A stretch of DNA of 64,000 bases from an uncultured Thermotogae bacterium (GTDB lineage: Bacteria > Bipolaricaulota > Bipolaricaulia > M55B111): NCBI GenBank assembly GCA_964614065.1, contig CAZTJJ010000002.1, forward strand, positions 6,878 through 70,877, given 5' to 3'. Under the pieces are notes generated by a model, which was given only the letters and a program-made list of their open reading frames with translations, was not told the origin of the DNA and did not search any database. This document shows positions 46,283 through 55,621 of this stretch, in pieces. The translations under genes and the position numbers were made by a program. How positions within the stretch are numbered: the stretch's first letter is position 1; each line of letters opens with the position of its first letter.

Positions 46283-47647
46283 ATGGTCAACTTGCCGACC
46301 ATCTTAGACGAGTCCAACAGAGAACTAACTCCTCAACAGATAGTAAGTAACCTCGATGACTACATAGTCGGTCAGGACGATGCAAAGAAATCAGTAGCAA
46401 TAGCTATCCGCAATAGAATTCGCCGACAAAAGGTCAAAGAGGATATCAAGGACGAAATTCAGCCAAAAAACATACTGATGATTGGCCCCACGGGAGTAGG
46501 TAAGACCGAGATATCTCGCCGCCTGGCCCGTATAGTAAAGGCACCGTTTCTGAAGGTAGAAGCAACCAAGTTTACAGAAGTCGGTTACGTGGGTCGGGAC
46601 GTAGAATCGATGATTCGAGATTTAATGAATAAGGGCATTGACATGGTTAGACAGGCAGAGATTGAAAAAGTAGAAGACAAAGCTGAGGACATGGTGGAAG
46701 AACGCATTCTCGATAAGCTACTGCCTGTAGAAAAAGACAAGGAGAGATCTGAGAGCCGGGACAGAACGCGCGCCAAGCTAAAACAGAAATTACGAAGCGG
46801 TGATCTCGACGAACGCTATATAGAGATAACCGTCCAAAAATCAAGCATACCGCAGGTAGAAGTATTCTCTAACCAAGGAAGCGATCAAATGGGAATAGAT
46901 ATGGGAGACATGCTTGGCAACATTTTTCCGTCAAAATCTGAAACCAAAAGAGTCAAGATATCGAAAGCCAGGGATTTACTATTTGATCAGGAGGTAGGCA
47001 AGCTTCTAAACGAAGAAGAGATCAAAAGAGAAGGGAAGAGACTTGCAGAAGAGGAAGGCATAATATTTTTAGATGAAATAGACAAAATAGCTGGAGATAG
47101 ACCAGGTGAGTCCGGCCAAGGACCTGGAGTCTCCCGGCAGGGTGTTCAAAGAGATATTCTGCCTTTGCTGGAAGGTTCCACAGTCAGAACCAAGCAAGGA
47201 ACGATGCATACGGAGAACATACTTTTTATTACCGCCGGCGCATTTAACGTATCCAAACCTTCCGACCTTATTCCTGAGCTTCAGGGAAGATTACCTATTC
47301 GAGTAGAACTGGATAGTCTAGGTGCCGGGGAATTTCAACAAATATTAACGGAACCAAAAGACGCACTGGTTAAACAGTATACAGCACTCATGGAAGTAGA
47401 AGGTATCAATCTGGAATTTACTCCAGAAGCAATTGAAGAAATCGCCAAGACATCTGAAAAGTTAAACGAGACGACGGAGAACATAGGAGCCAGAAGACTG
47501 GAAACGGTTATGGAAAAATTAATGGAGGAACTGTCATTTAATGCTCCAGATGTCCATGAAGAAACCAAAGAGATCGACAAAGATTATGTTAAATCTAAGC
47601 TGGAAAAGATCGTAGAGGACCGTGACCTGTCACGTTACATCCTTTAA
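46283..47647 (+). CDS. hslU: ATP-dependent protease ATPase subunit HslU
   Basis: LTPQQIV..LD.YIVGQ, GPTGVGKTEI, EATKFTEVGYVG, GVQRDILP, ELQGRLPIRV, NIGARRL. Confidence 0.97.
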   Translation: MVNLPTILDESNRELTPQQIVSNLDDYIVGQDDAKKSVAIAIRNRIRRQKVKEDIKDEIQPKNILMIGPTGVGKTEISRRLARIVKAPFLKVEATKFTEVGYVGRDVESMIRDLMNKGIDMVRQAEIEKVEDKAEDMVEERILDKLLPVEKDKERSESRDRTRAKLKQKLRSGDLDERYIEITVQKSSIPQVEVFSNQGSDQMGIDMGDMLGNIFPSKSETKRVKISKARDLLFDQEVGKLLNEEEIKREGKRLAEEEGIIFLDEIDKIAGDRPGESGQGPGVSRQGVQRDILPLLEGSTVRTKQGTMHTENILFITAGAFNVSKPSDLIPELQGRLPIRVELDSLGAGEFQQILTEPKDALVKQYTALMEVEGINLEFTPEAIEEIAKTSEKLNETTENIGARRLETVMEKLMEELSFNAPDVHEETKEIDKDYVKSKLEKIVEDRDLSRYIL

Positions 47648-47690
47648 TTACATTTACTATTTCTATTAATTACATATTGAGGTGAATTTC

Positions 47691-49616
47691 ATGGAAATCA
47701 CACTACCAGATGGAGATAAAATCGACATAGAGCGAGGAACCAAGGTAATAGAAATTGCTTACGATATTGGTCAGGGATTAGGAAAAGCGACGGTGGGGGC
47801 CACACTCGACGGAGAAAGGTTAGACCTCAGGGACCCAATAACGAAAGAAGGAACGCTAGAAATAATAACGCTTGATTCACCTCAAGCTCTGGAAATACTG
47901 CGCCATACCACGACCCACGTTATGGCCCAGGCAGTTAAACGAGTTTTCGATGACGTCAAATTGGCCATCGGTCCGGCAATAGACGACGGTTTTTACTACG
48001 ACTTCGACCTCTCTCGCTCGCTTTCAGAAGAAGACTTCGAGGCGATAAAACGGGAGATGAAGGAGATAATTGAAGCAGACTACGAACTAGAGCGATATGC
48101 GCTGCCAATAGACGAAGCACGAGAATATCTCGCAGAACAAGATGAAAAATACAAACTGGAGCTCATTGACGACTTCGCGGAAGAAGGAGAAACCGAGGTA
48201 ACTTTCTACCGTCAAGATGGTTTTACCGACCTCTGCAGGGGCCCCCACTTACAGAGTACCGGTCAAATTGACCATTACGAGTTGCTTGACGTCGCTGGAG
48301 CTTACTGGCGGGGAGACGAAAACAACAAAATGCTTCAGCGAATTTACGGTACTGCGTTTACCAGTAAATCGGATCTCGAACAATTTGTAACCAGAAGAGA
48401 AGAAGCCCAAGAACGAGATCACAGACGCCTAGGTCCAGAACTTGATTTATTTACCTTCCATCCCGAAGTAGGCCCAGGCTTAGTGTACTGGCATCCAAAA
48501 GGCACAGAAATCCTAAACGTAATTAAGAATTTCTGGAGATCCAAGCACAAGGAAGCTGGTTACGAGTTTGTTTCAACCCCGCACATTGGCAAAAGCCAGC
48601 TTTGGGAAAAAAGCGGCCATCTTGATTACTTCAGAGAGGATATGTTTCCTCCCATGCATGAGAGCAACCAAGAGTATTTTCTCAAGCCAATGAACTGTCC
48701 ATTTCACATAGAGATCTACCAAAGTAGGACAAGAAGCTATCGAGACCTGCCATTACGGTGGGCGGAGTTGGGCACAGTATATCGTCACGAACGATCTGGC
48801 GTGCTACACGGACTTCTGCGCGCCCGGGGATTCACCCAGGACGATGCACACATCTTTGCTACTCCGGAACAGGTAAAGAACGAGGTTATCGGGGTCTTGA
48901 ACTTAACTTTCAACATTCTTTCGGCGTTTGGATTCAAAGATTACAAGGTTGTTCTCTCTACTAAACCGGAGAAATCCGTTGGAGAAATAAGCAAATGGGA
49001 CAAAGCCACAGAATCTTTAAAGCAGGCACTCAAAGAACTGGAGCTGGAGTACGAAATTCAAGAAGGAGAAGGTGCTTTTTACGGGCCCAAAATAGACGTT
49101 CAATTGGAGGACGCCTTGGGCAGATTATGGCAAACTACCACTGTACAATTTGATTTCAACTTACCTGAACGTTTCGGCATGACTTATATGGGCTCGGACG
49201 GAAGAGAACATCAACCATACATGATACACCGGGCTTTATTAGGTACGTTAGAACGCTTCTTTGGAATACTGGTTGAACACTATAAAGGTGCATTTCCGGT
49301 TTGGCTTTCGCCCGTGCAAACAGTAGTCCTACCCGTGACCGAAGATAATAACGAGTACGCGGAGAAGGTAGCCGATAAGATTTCCGAAGCCGGAATCAGA
49401 GTAGAAGCGCGAACCGAAATGGACGAGCAACTTTCCAGACAAATCCATCAGGCTCAACTGGATAAAATACCGTACATGCTCGTGGTCGGAGACAACGAAG
49501 AGGAGACCGGCGAGGTTTCACTTAGACTACGGACAGAAGAAGATTTGGGGCCACGCCCTCTGGACGAATTCGTAGATTTCGCTCAGGAAAAAATTGCCGG
49601 AAAAGCTCTATTGTAG
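47691..49616 (+). CDS. thrS: Threonine--tRNA ligase
   Basis: TGS domain, LRHTTTHVMAQA, DLCRGPH, RDHRRLG, KPMNCPFH, RGFTQDDAH, FYGPKID, IHRA. Confidence 0.98.
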   Translation: MEITLPDGDKIDIERGTKVIEIAYDIGQGLGKATVGATLDGERLDLRDPITKEGTLEIITLDSPQALEILRHTTTHVMAQAVKRVFDDVKLAIGPAIDDGFYYDFDLSRSLSEEDFEAIKREMKEIIEADYELERYALPIDEAREYLAEQDEKYKLELIDDFAEEGETEVTFYRQDGFTDLCRGPHLQSTGQIDHYELLDVAGAYWRGDENNKMLQRIYGTAFTSKSDLEQFVTRREEAQERDHRRLGPELDLFTFHPEVGPGLVYWHPKGTEILNVIKNFWRSKHKEAGYEFVSTPHIGKSQLWEKSGHLDYFREDMFPPMHESNQEYFLKPMNCPFHIEIYQSRTRSYRDLPLRWAELGTVYRHERSGVLHGLLRARGFTQDDAHIFATPEQVKNEVIGVLNLTFNILSAFGFKDYKVVLSTKPEKSVGEISKWDKATESLKQALKELELEYEIQEGEGAFYGPKIDVQLEDALGRLWQTTTVQFDFNLPERFGMTYMGSDGREHQPYMIHRALLGTLERFFGILVEHYKGAFPVWLSPVQTVVLPVTEDNNEYAEKVADKISEAGIRVEARTEMDEQLSRQIHQAQLDKIPYMLVVGDNEEETGEVSLRLRTEEDLGPRPLDEFVDFAQEKIAGKALL

Positions 49617-49619
49617 AAT

Positions 49620-50804
49620 CTACAATAGAGCTTCTTTGAGCCCTTTTACCCGATCGATTTCTTCCCAGCGAAGGTCGAGTTCGTCACGGCCAAAGTGGCC
49701 ATAAGCAGATAGAGGGGTATAGAGGGGCTTTTGCAGCTGAAGGTGGTCAATTATAGCTGCGGGCCGCAGGTCAAAAACTTGATCAATAGCATTTCTAATC
49801 TTTGAATCTTTTACCTGTGCCGACCCGAAACTATCAACGGTAACCGCTAACGGCTTGGCCTTACCAATTGTATAAGCAATTTGGATTTCGCATTCTTCAC
49901 TGATTCCAGCTGCAACTATATTCTTCGCAACGTACCGCGCCATATAAGAGCCAGACCTGTCAACTTTGGTCGGATCCTTACCGGAAAACGCTCCACCCCC
50001 GTGACTACCGTAGCCACCATAAGTATCCACAATTATTTTTCGACCGGTCATACCGGTATCTGCAGGGGGGCCACCTTTGATAAATTTACCGGAGGAATTA
50101 ACGAAAACGTGTGTCTCATCGTCCAACCAGCGTCCCAAAACAGGTTGCACGACTTCCTTGAAGAGTTTGTCCGCCAATTTTTCTTCACTAATATCCGGAT
50201 CGTGCTGAGCAGCCAGAATAACCGTATGAGCCCTGATAGGTTGGCTATTTTCGTACTCAATGGTGACCTGAGACTTTCCATCTGGCCTGAGATATGGAAC
50301 AATATTCTCTTTTCTTATCTTGGCCAGTCTTTTTGTCAACCTGTGTGCCAATGTTATGGGTAGAGGCATAAAGGACTTGGTTTCCTTACACGCATAACCG
50401 TAGACTATCCCCTGGTCTCCAGCACCAAGGGTATTATAATGGTTTTCCACTCGTTCTTTATCCCTAACCTCTTCGGGAGTATTGACTCCTTCAGAGATGT
50501 CCGGTGATTGTTCATCAATACTAGTAAGCACCGCACAGCTTTCGCCGTCAAAACCATATTCACGCTTGTTGTACCCTACGTCCAGGACAGTATCTCGAGC
50601 TATTTTAGAAATATCTACGTAGGAATCAGTTGTGATTTCACCACCAACCAGCACAAGGCCAGTTGAAACAAAAGTTTCGCAAGCGACCCTTCCTTGAGGA
50701 TCGTTCTCCAGCACGTGGTCCAACACAGAATCAGAGATTCTATCAGCGACTTTATCCGGATGCCCTTCCGTTACGGATTCAGAAGTAAAATATCTTCCTT
50801 TCAT
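49620..50804 (-). CDS. metK: S-adenosylmethionine synthetase
   Basis: FTSESVTEGHPDK, GAGDQG, PDGKSQVT, GRKIIVDTYGG, GGGAFSGKDPTKVDRS; ATG after GAGGGGAG. Confidence 0.98.
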   Translation of the reverse strand: MKGRYFTSESVTEGHPDKVADRISDSVLDHVLENDPQGRVACETFVSTGLVLVGGEITTDSYVDISKIARDTVLDVGYNKREYGFDGESCAVLTSIDEQSPDISEGVNTPEEVRDKERVENHYNTLGAGDQGIVYGYACKETKSFMPLPITLAHRLTKRLAKIRKENIVPYLRPDGKSQVTIEYENSQPIRAHTVILAAQHDPDISEEKLADKLFKEVVQPVLGRWLDDETHVFVNSSGKFIKGGPPADTGMTGRKIIVDTYGGYGSHGGGAFSGKDPTKVDRSGSYMARYVAKNIVAAGISEECEIQIAYTIGKAKPLAVTVDSFGSAQVKDSKIRNAIDQVFDLRPAAIIDHLQLQKPLYTPLSAYGHFGRDELDLRWEEIDRVKGLKEALL

Positions 50805-51011
50805 TATGTACACTCCCCTCGTTGGTAATGAATAAGTGTATAAAATAACTTTCATCCAATCAATACAACAGGTTCAATTCGCTTTCACACCGTGGGAATA
50901 GTGACTGGCAGGGTCCTGAAGAAACCAAATTCTTTTCGTATTCGAAGACATCGGTGCCTGTGGCGCTTTCACTTCATTTAAGTTATCGTAATAGTAGAGA
51001 GGTGATCTTCC

Positions 51012-51566
51012 ATGAAATGGATCCTCGTTGGGTTAATACTACTTCCTGCACTATTTTTAATTGGGGGAGACGCTGAAGGGCCAAGAGAACTTCAAACCGT
51101 TGACAAGCTCGATGTTAACAGATACCTCGGCGAATGGTACGCCGTGGCCAGCATTGTCAAATTTTTTAACCGCTACTGTGCCTGGGGAAATAAAGCAGAG
51201 TACAGCCTGCGGGAGGATGGTCGGATAGACGTACTTAATAGTTGCTATAAGGAAAACGGTGAAAAAAGCGAAGTAAGAGCAGCCGCCTGGGTGCCGGACA
51301 AGTCCGAACCCGGAAAATTAAAGGTCAGCTTTATTCCCCTTTTTGGATATCGCCTCTTCCCGGCTGACTACTGGGTACTGGAGCTTGGAGAGGACTACGA
51401 CTACGCGGTGGTTGGACATCCCTCGAGAAATTTCGGTTGGATTCTCAGCAGAACTCCAAAAATGGACGAAGGAAAGCTAAATGAGATCGCCCAAAACCTA
51501 GTACAGATTGGATATGACTTCTCAGATTTCAAAATTAATCCCCAGAGTCCACCAGAAGGAAGCTAG
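51012..51566 (+). CDS. Bacterial lipocalin (Blc-like), no lipobox Cys
   Basis: DVNRYLGEWY, GKLKVSF, YWVLELGEDYDYAVVG, WILSRTP. Confidence 0.9.
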   Translation: MKWILVGLILLPALFLIGGDAEGPRELQTVDKLDVNRYLGEWYAVASIVKFFNRYCAWGNKAEYSLREDGRIDVLNSCYKENGEKSEVRAAAWVPDKSEPGKLKVSFIPLFGYRLFPADYWVLELGEDYDYAVVGHPSRNFGWILSRTPKMDEGKLNEIAQNLVQIGYDFSDFKINPQSPPEGS

Positions 51567-51636
51567 CTCAACTTCAAAGACCCTTAGCGTATCAAAAAGA
51601 TACAATTTGAAGATGATCTCCCTATACAAAGACAAT

Positions 51637-52620
51637 CTACGATTCATAGCTAATCCTCGGGTCCAGATACGCGTACGCCACGTCGGCTATGAAGTTTAAA
51701 CTTATCACAAAAATAGACATTACAAAAAAAGTTCCCTGGGCCACTGGATAATCACTCCCCAGCACGGCTTGAACCATAGCTGTGCCCATACCGGGCCAGG
51801 CAAAAACCGTCTCTATGATTACCTGCCCCCCAATGGCCAGTCCTGCAGTAGTTGCAAATGTAGTTATCAACGGTAATAGTGCATTTCTTGCGGCGTGGCG
51901 GAACATGATTCGGTTTTCGGAAAGCCCTTTGGCCTGAGCGAGCATGATGTAATCGGAACCAAGGGTTTTCAGCATTGTCCCACGCATTATCAGTAAAGGT
52001 GTAGCTGTATAGAACACGACAACGGTAATGACAGGCAGTACAAGATGGCGTAGAAAGTCCACGTTGAAATATTTTTCGATAAATCCGCTGTAAGTAAATA
52101 TCGCAGAATGCATCTTTGCAGTAGGCAAAACTCCAAGCCTGATAGCAAATAAGTATACCAACCCAATTCCGATCAAGAAAAGTGGAGTGGATCGAAATAT
52201 CAAGCTCAGAATTACGGTCCATTTATCCAGTCTGGAATTTCTGAACCAGGCGGTAACGGTGCCCAAAGCGAAGGCAATAGTAAATGCAAAAAACAACCCG
52301 ATTCCCATTAGAAAGACAGTATTTAAAGCCCTCTGCCTTATGATTGCGCTGACCGGCTGCCGGGTGTGGAAAGACCTACCCAGCTGGAAAGTAGCCATGT
52401 TCTTTATATAGAGCAAGTATTGAATTCCCAAGGGTTTGTCTAAACCATACGTCCTGGTCAAAGACCTTTGTGCTTCCGGGGAGAGACTTTCCCCGAGCAT
52501 AATTTTTGTAGGATCAGAGGGGTACAACCGAAATAACACAAACAAAATGGTAGCTACGACGAAAAAAGTGAGTAAAGTTTGCCAGCCTCTTCTAATGATA
52601 AATTTCTGCAACCCGGTCAT
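51637..52620 (-). CDS. Peptide/nickel ABC permease (DppB/OppB)
   Basis: YGLDKPLGIQY, DYIMLAQAKGL, HAARNALLP, ETVFAWPGMG, DYPVAQG. Confidence 0.92.
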   Translation of the reverse strand: MTGLQKFIIRRGWQTLLTFFVVATILFVLFRLYPSDPTKIMLGESLSPEAQRSLTRTYGLDKPLGIQYLLYIKNMATFQLGRSFHTRQPVSAIIRQRALNTVFLMGIGLFFAFTIAFALGTVTAWFRNSRLDKWTVILSLIFRSTPLFLIGIGLVYLFAIRLGVLPTAKMHSAIFTYSGFIEKYFNVDFLRHLVLPVITVVVFYTATPLLIMRGTMLKTLGSDYIMLAQAKGLSENRIMFRHAARNALLPLITTFATTAGLAIGGQVIIETVFAWPGMGTAMVQAVLGSDYPVAQGTFFVMSIFVISLNFIADVAYAYLDPRISYES

Positions 52621-52674
52621 GGCCGTCTCCTCATTTACTCGTAAAAATCATGGACCTGATCAATATTCTCATAA

Positions 52675-53688
52675 CTACGATTCTTCTCCTACAAGATGAC
52701 AGGCAACTTGATGTCCGACTTCCCTTTCATTTTCAGTTGACTTGCTTACATCCACTAATTCAGGGAGGCGTCGTTTGCAAACTTCCACAGCTTCCGGGCA
52801 CCTTGGTTCGAATATACATCTGTCCCTCTCGCCCCCAGTTGTTGAAATACTGCCCTTGATCTGAAGCTCTTCATGCTGGTAGTTAGGGTCTGGGACAGGT
52901 ACTGCAGAAGTAAGTGCCTTTGTATAGGGGTGAAGAGGTTTCGAGAGAACCTCTACGGCTTTCCCTACCTCCACAACCCTCCCCAAATACATAATGGCAA
53001 CGTTATCGACTACGTGCTTTAACACGGATAAATCATGCGAAATATAGAGCCTGGTCAGATTCAACTCGGGAGTAAGTACATCCTCGATAAGGTCCAAAAT
53101 GCTCGCCCTAATAGAAACATCTAGCATTGATACCGGTTCATCCGCGACTATCAGCTCGGGATTTAACACTATCGCAGATCCAATCATTAACCTCTGGCAC
53201 TCGCCTCCACTCAGCTCAAACGGCAACTTGTCCTTATAATCATCCGGGTCTAAATTAACTTGTTCTAACGCCCGAAGAACATTTTCCCTCTTTTCTTTCT
53301 TGGTCTGGGCGATGCCCAAAGCATCCAACCCTTCCTTGATCGTGCCAAACGCCGAGAGCCTGGGGTTAAGAGATTCATATGGATCCTGAAAAATCATCTG
53401 TACTTTTTTGCGATAACTTTTGAGCTCCTTACCCGCTAGATTCGTGATATCACGATCGTTGAACATTATTCTTCCTTCTGTGGGTTCGTGCAGCTTCATT
53501 ACCAGCTTCCCCGTCGTGGTCTTGCCGCATCCACTCTCGCCAGCCAACCCAAAGCTCCCTCCCTTATCTAAAGTAAAGTCCACGTGATCAACCGCTCTGA
53601 GTTTTTCGGGGTTACCAAAGACAAATCTTAAAAAGCCGCTTGATAGAAAAAACTCTTTGGTTATCCCTTCTACTTTCAATAAAGGCAA
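52675..53688 (-). CDS. Peptide ABC ATPase (DppF/OppF)
   Basis: AVDHVDF, GESGCGKTT, QMIFQDPYESLNPR, ADEPVSMLDVS, HPYTKAL, C-terminal Cys cluster. Confidence 0.92.
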   Translation of the reverse strand: MPLLKVEGITKEFFLSSGFLRFVFGNPEKLRAVDHVDFTLDKGGSFGLAGESGCGKTTTGKLVMKLHEPTEGRIMFNDRDITNLAGKELKSYRKKVQMIFQDPYESLNPRLSAFGTIKEGLDALGIAQTKKEKRENVLRALEQVNLDPDDYKDKLPFELSGGECQRLMIGSAIVLNPELIVADEPVSMLDVSIRASILDLIEDVLTPELNLTRLYISHDLSVLKHVVDNVAIMYLGRVVEVGKAVEVLSKPLHPYTKALTSAVPVPDPNYQHEELQIKGSISTTGGERDRCIFEPRCPEAVEVCKRRLPELVDVSKSTENEREVGHQVACHLVGEES

Positions 53689-53698
53689 GCTAACACTC

Positions 53699-54688
53699 CT
53701 AGCCTGAACTACTTCGTTTTGCCACTACATGGCATCGATAGAATGAATCTTCACCTGTATTTGTGGATGCCGGTAACTCTTCTTTACAAATCGCCTCGGA
53801 TTCCTCACATCTGGGCTGGAAAGGACAACCCTGAATTTCTTTCCGAAGTGAGGGAGGCGAACCTGGAATGGAGACCATTTTCTGCTCTGCCAATTTGATA
53901 TTGGGAATGGAGTTAATAAGACCTTTGGAGTAAGGGTGACGGGGGGCGGAAAAAATATTCTCGCTGATATCATACTCCATTATCATACCAGCGTACATGA
54001 TGGCGACATTGTCGCAGGTCTCCGCCACGGAGGCAGCATCGTGTGTTATAATGATCATCGAACAACCTAATTGCTCACCTAGTTCCGAGATCTTCTTTAA
54101 GATCTGGAATTGCACGATGACGTCAAGAGCCGTGGTCGGCTCATCCGCAACTATAAGGCTTGGATCGAGAGCAAGTGCCATAGCGATTAACGAGCGTTGC
54201 TTCATCCCACCGCTCAATTGATGGGGGTAGCTATCGATCCTTTTTGGATCAAGTCCCACCAGAGAAAATAGCTCTTCAATTCTTCGTCTCATTTCCTTTC
54301 TGGTCAATCCCGACTCTCGTTTCTCCCGAAGAACCTCAGTTATCTGGTCCCCCACCGTATACACCGGGTTTAAGGAGTTCATAGCGCTTTGAGGAATGTA
54401 GGAAATCTCATTCCACCGGATTTTTCGATTGAACTTTTTCTTTGGCATCTTCATCAAGTTACATTCCTCTCCGGTTTGAGTAATAAAGTCCATTCTACCG
54501 CCGGTGATCTTTCCGGAACTAGGCAACAATCTTAGTATCGATTTAGCCATCGTAGTTTTGCCGCAACCTGACTCTCCAATGATACCGAGGTTCTCCCCCT
54601 GGTCTATTTTAAAGGAGACATCGTTAACTGCCCTAACAATGTTCTCTCCATCCTCATACCTTACGTAGAGATCAGTTATCGATAACAT
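53699..54688 (-). CDS. Peptide ABC ATPase (DppD/OppD)
   Basis: GESGCGKTT, YPHQLSGGMKQR, ADEPTTALDV, HPYSKGL, GCPFQPRC. Confidence 0.92.
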   Translation of the reverse strand: MLSITDLYVRYEDGENIVRAVNDVSFKIDQGENLGIIGESGCGKTTMAKSILRLLPSSGKITGGRMDFITQTGEECNLMKMPKKKFNRKIRWNEISYIPQSAMNSLNPVYTVGDQITEVLREKRESGLTRKEMRRRIEELFSLVGLDPKRIDSYPHQLSGGMKQRSLIAMALALDPSLIVADEPTTALDVIVQFQILKKISELGEQLGCSMIIITHDAASVAETCDNVAIMYAGMIMEYDISENIFSAPRHPYSKGLINSIPNIKLAEQKMVSIPGSPPSLRKEIQGCPFQPRCEESEAICKEELPASTNTGEDSFYRCHVVAKRSSSG

Positions 54689-55566
54689 TACATTTGTTTC
54701 ATCTTTGGATTACCTACTTCCTCATAGGCCTGCCCGATCAAAAAGCCCGAAAGCACAAACAGGACGATACAAATTGCCGGAGGGAAAATCCACCACCAGG
54801 CAAAGGAGATCGCCCCGGAGATAAACACCCTGTAGAGCATAAATCCCCAGCTCGGTGTAGCTGGATTACCAAAGCCCAGGAAAGTTACGCTGGCCTCCGT
54901 TAAAACTGCCCAAACCATGGAAAGTGCGGTATAAAGAGTGATAATTGGTAAAACATTTGGAGCTATATGTTTGTAGAGAATCCTCAAGTGGCTGCCGCCT
55001 TTTGACCTGGCCCATGTAACAAATTCTCTTTGTTTTATTGACATTACCTCGGCCCTCACCGTTCGGGCCGTAGTTCTCCACAGTAAAGCAGCTATCCCGA
55101 TAACCAAAGTAAAGATATTCCCTCCTCCCCCTCCACCTGAGGTCAAAGCAATTAAAACAAGTACAAAGGGGAGAAAAGGCATCCCGTAGGCTATATCGGT
55201 AACACGCATAAAAAAGTCGTCGAGAACACCGCCGAAATATCCGGACAACAACCCTATGTTAGCACCAAAAAAGACGGCAATTATTGCAGAAAATATACCG
55301 ACCAAAAATGTCGACCTGGCTCCATATAGAACTTGAGAGAGTACATCTCTACCCTGCCAGGTAGTACCAAAGATATGTCCCGCTGTCGGGGGGCTAAACC
55401 GAGCCAGGGCCTCGTCCCCCGTAAAGCACTTTTCTTGAGGGCCAAATGGAGCCACAAAGGGGCCTATGATGGCCATAATGAAAAAAACTAAAAGCAGGAG
55501 GAGCCCTATCTGCCCCCTCCTGCTTTTCTTAAAGATTTGTACCTGATTCGCTAGTAACGATCTCAT
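54688..55566 (-). CDS. Peptide ABC permease (DppC/OppC)
   Basis: HIFGTTWQGRDV, RVTDIAYGMP, HIAPN, SVTFLGFG, PSWG. Confidence 0.92.
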   Translation of the reverse strand: MRSLLANQVQIFKKSRRGQIGLLLLLVFFIMAIIGPFVAPFGPQEKCFTGDEALARFSPPTAGHIFGTTWQGRDVLSQVLYGARSTFLVGIFSAIIAVFFGANIGLLSGYFGGVLDDFFMRVTDIAYGMPFLPFVLVLIALTSGGGGGGNIFTLVIGIAALLWRTTARTVRAEVMSIKQREFVTWARSKGGSHLRILYKHIAPNVLPIITLYTALSMVWAVLTEASVTFLGFGNPATPSWGFMLYRVFISGAISFAWWWIFPPAICIVLFVLSGFLIGQAYEEVGNPKMKQM

Positions 55567-55621
55567 AGGTTAATTTTTGCACGAGAGGATACTTTCATTT
55601 TTTTCGTCTAACCACCCTTCG

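Noticed and set aside
47648-47690. T-box leader expected before thrS
   Set aside because: The intergenic gap is only 43 bp and has no T-box sequence.
50899-50966. GTGACTGGC resembling the ZTP (pfl) riboswitch core
   Set aside because: No matching 3' CGCC/GCCUGGG pseudoknot hairpin, it faces a lipocalin gene, and it is antisense to metK.
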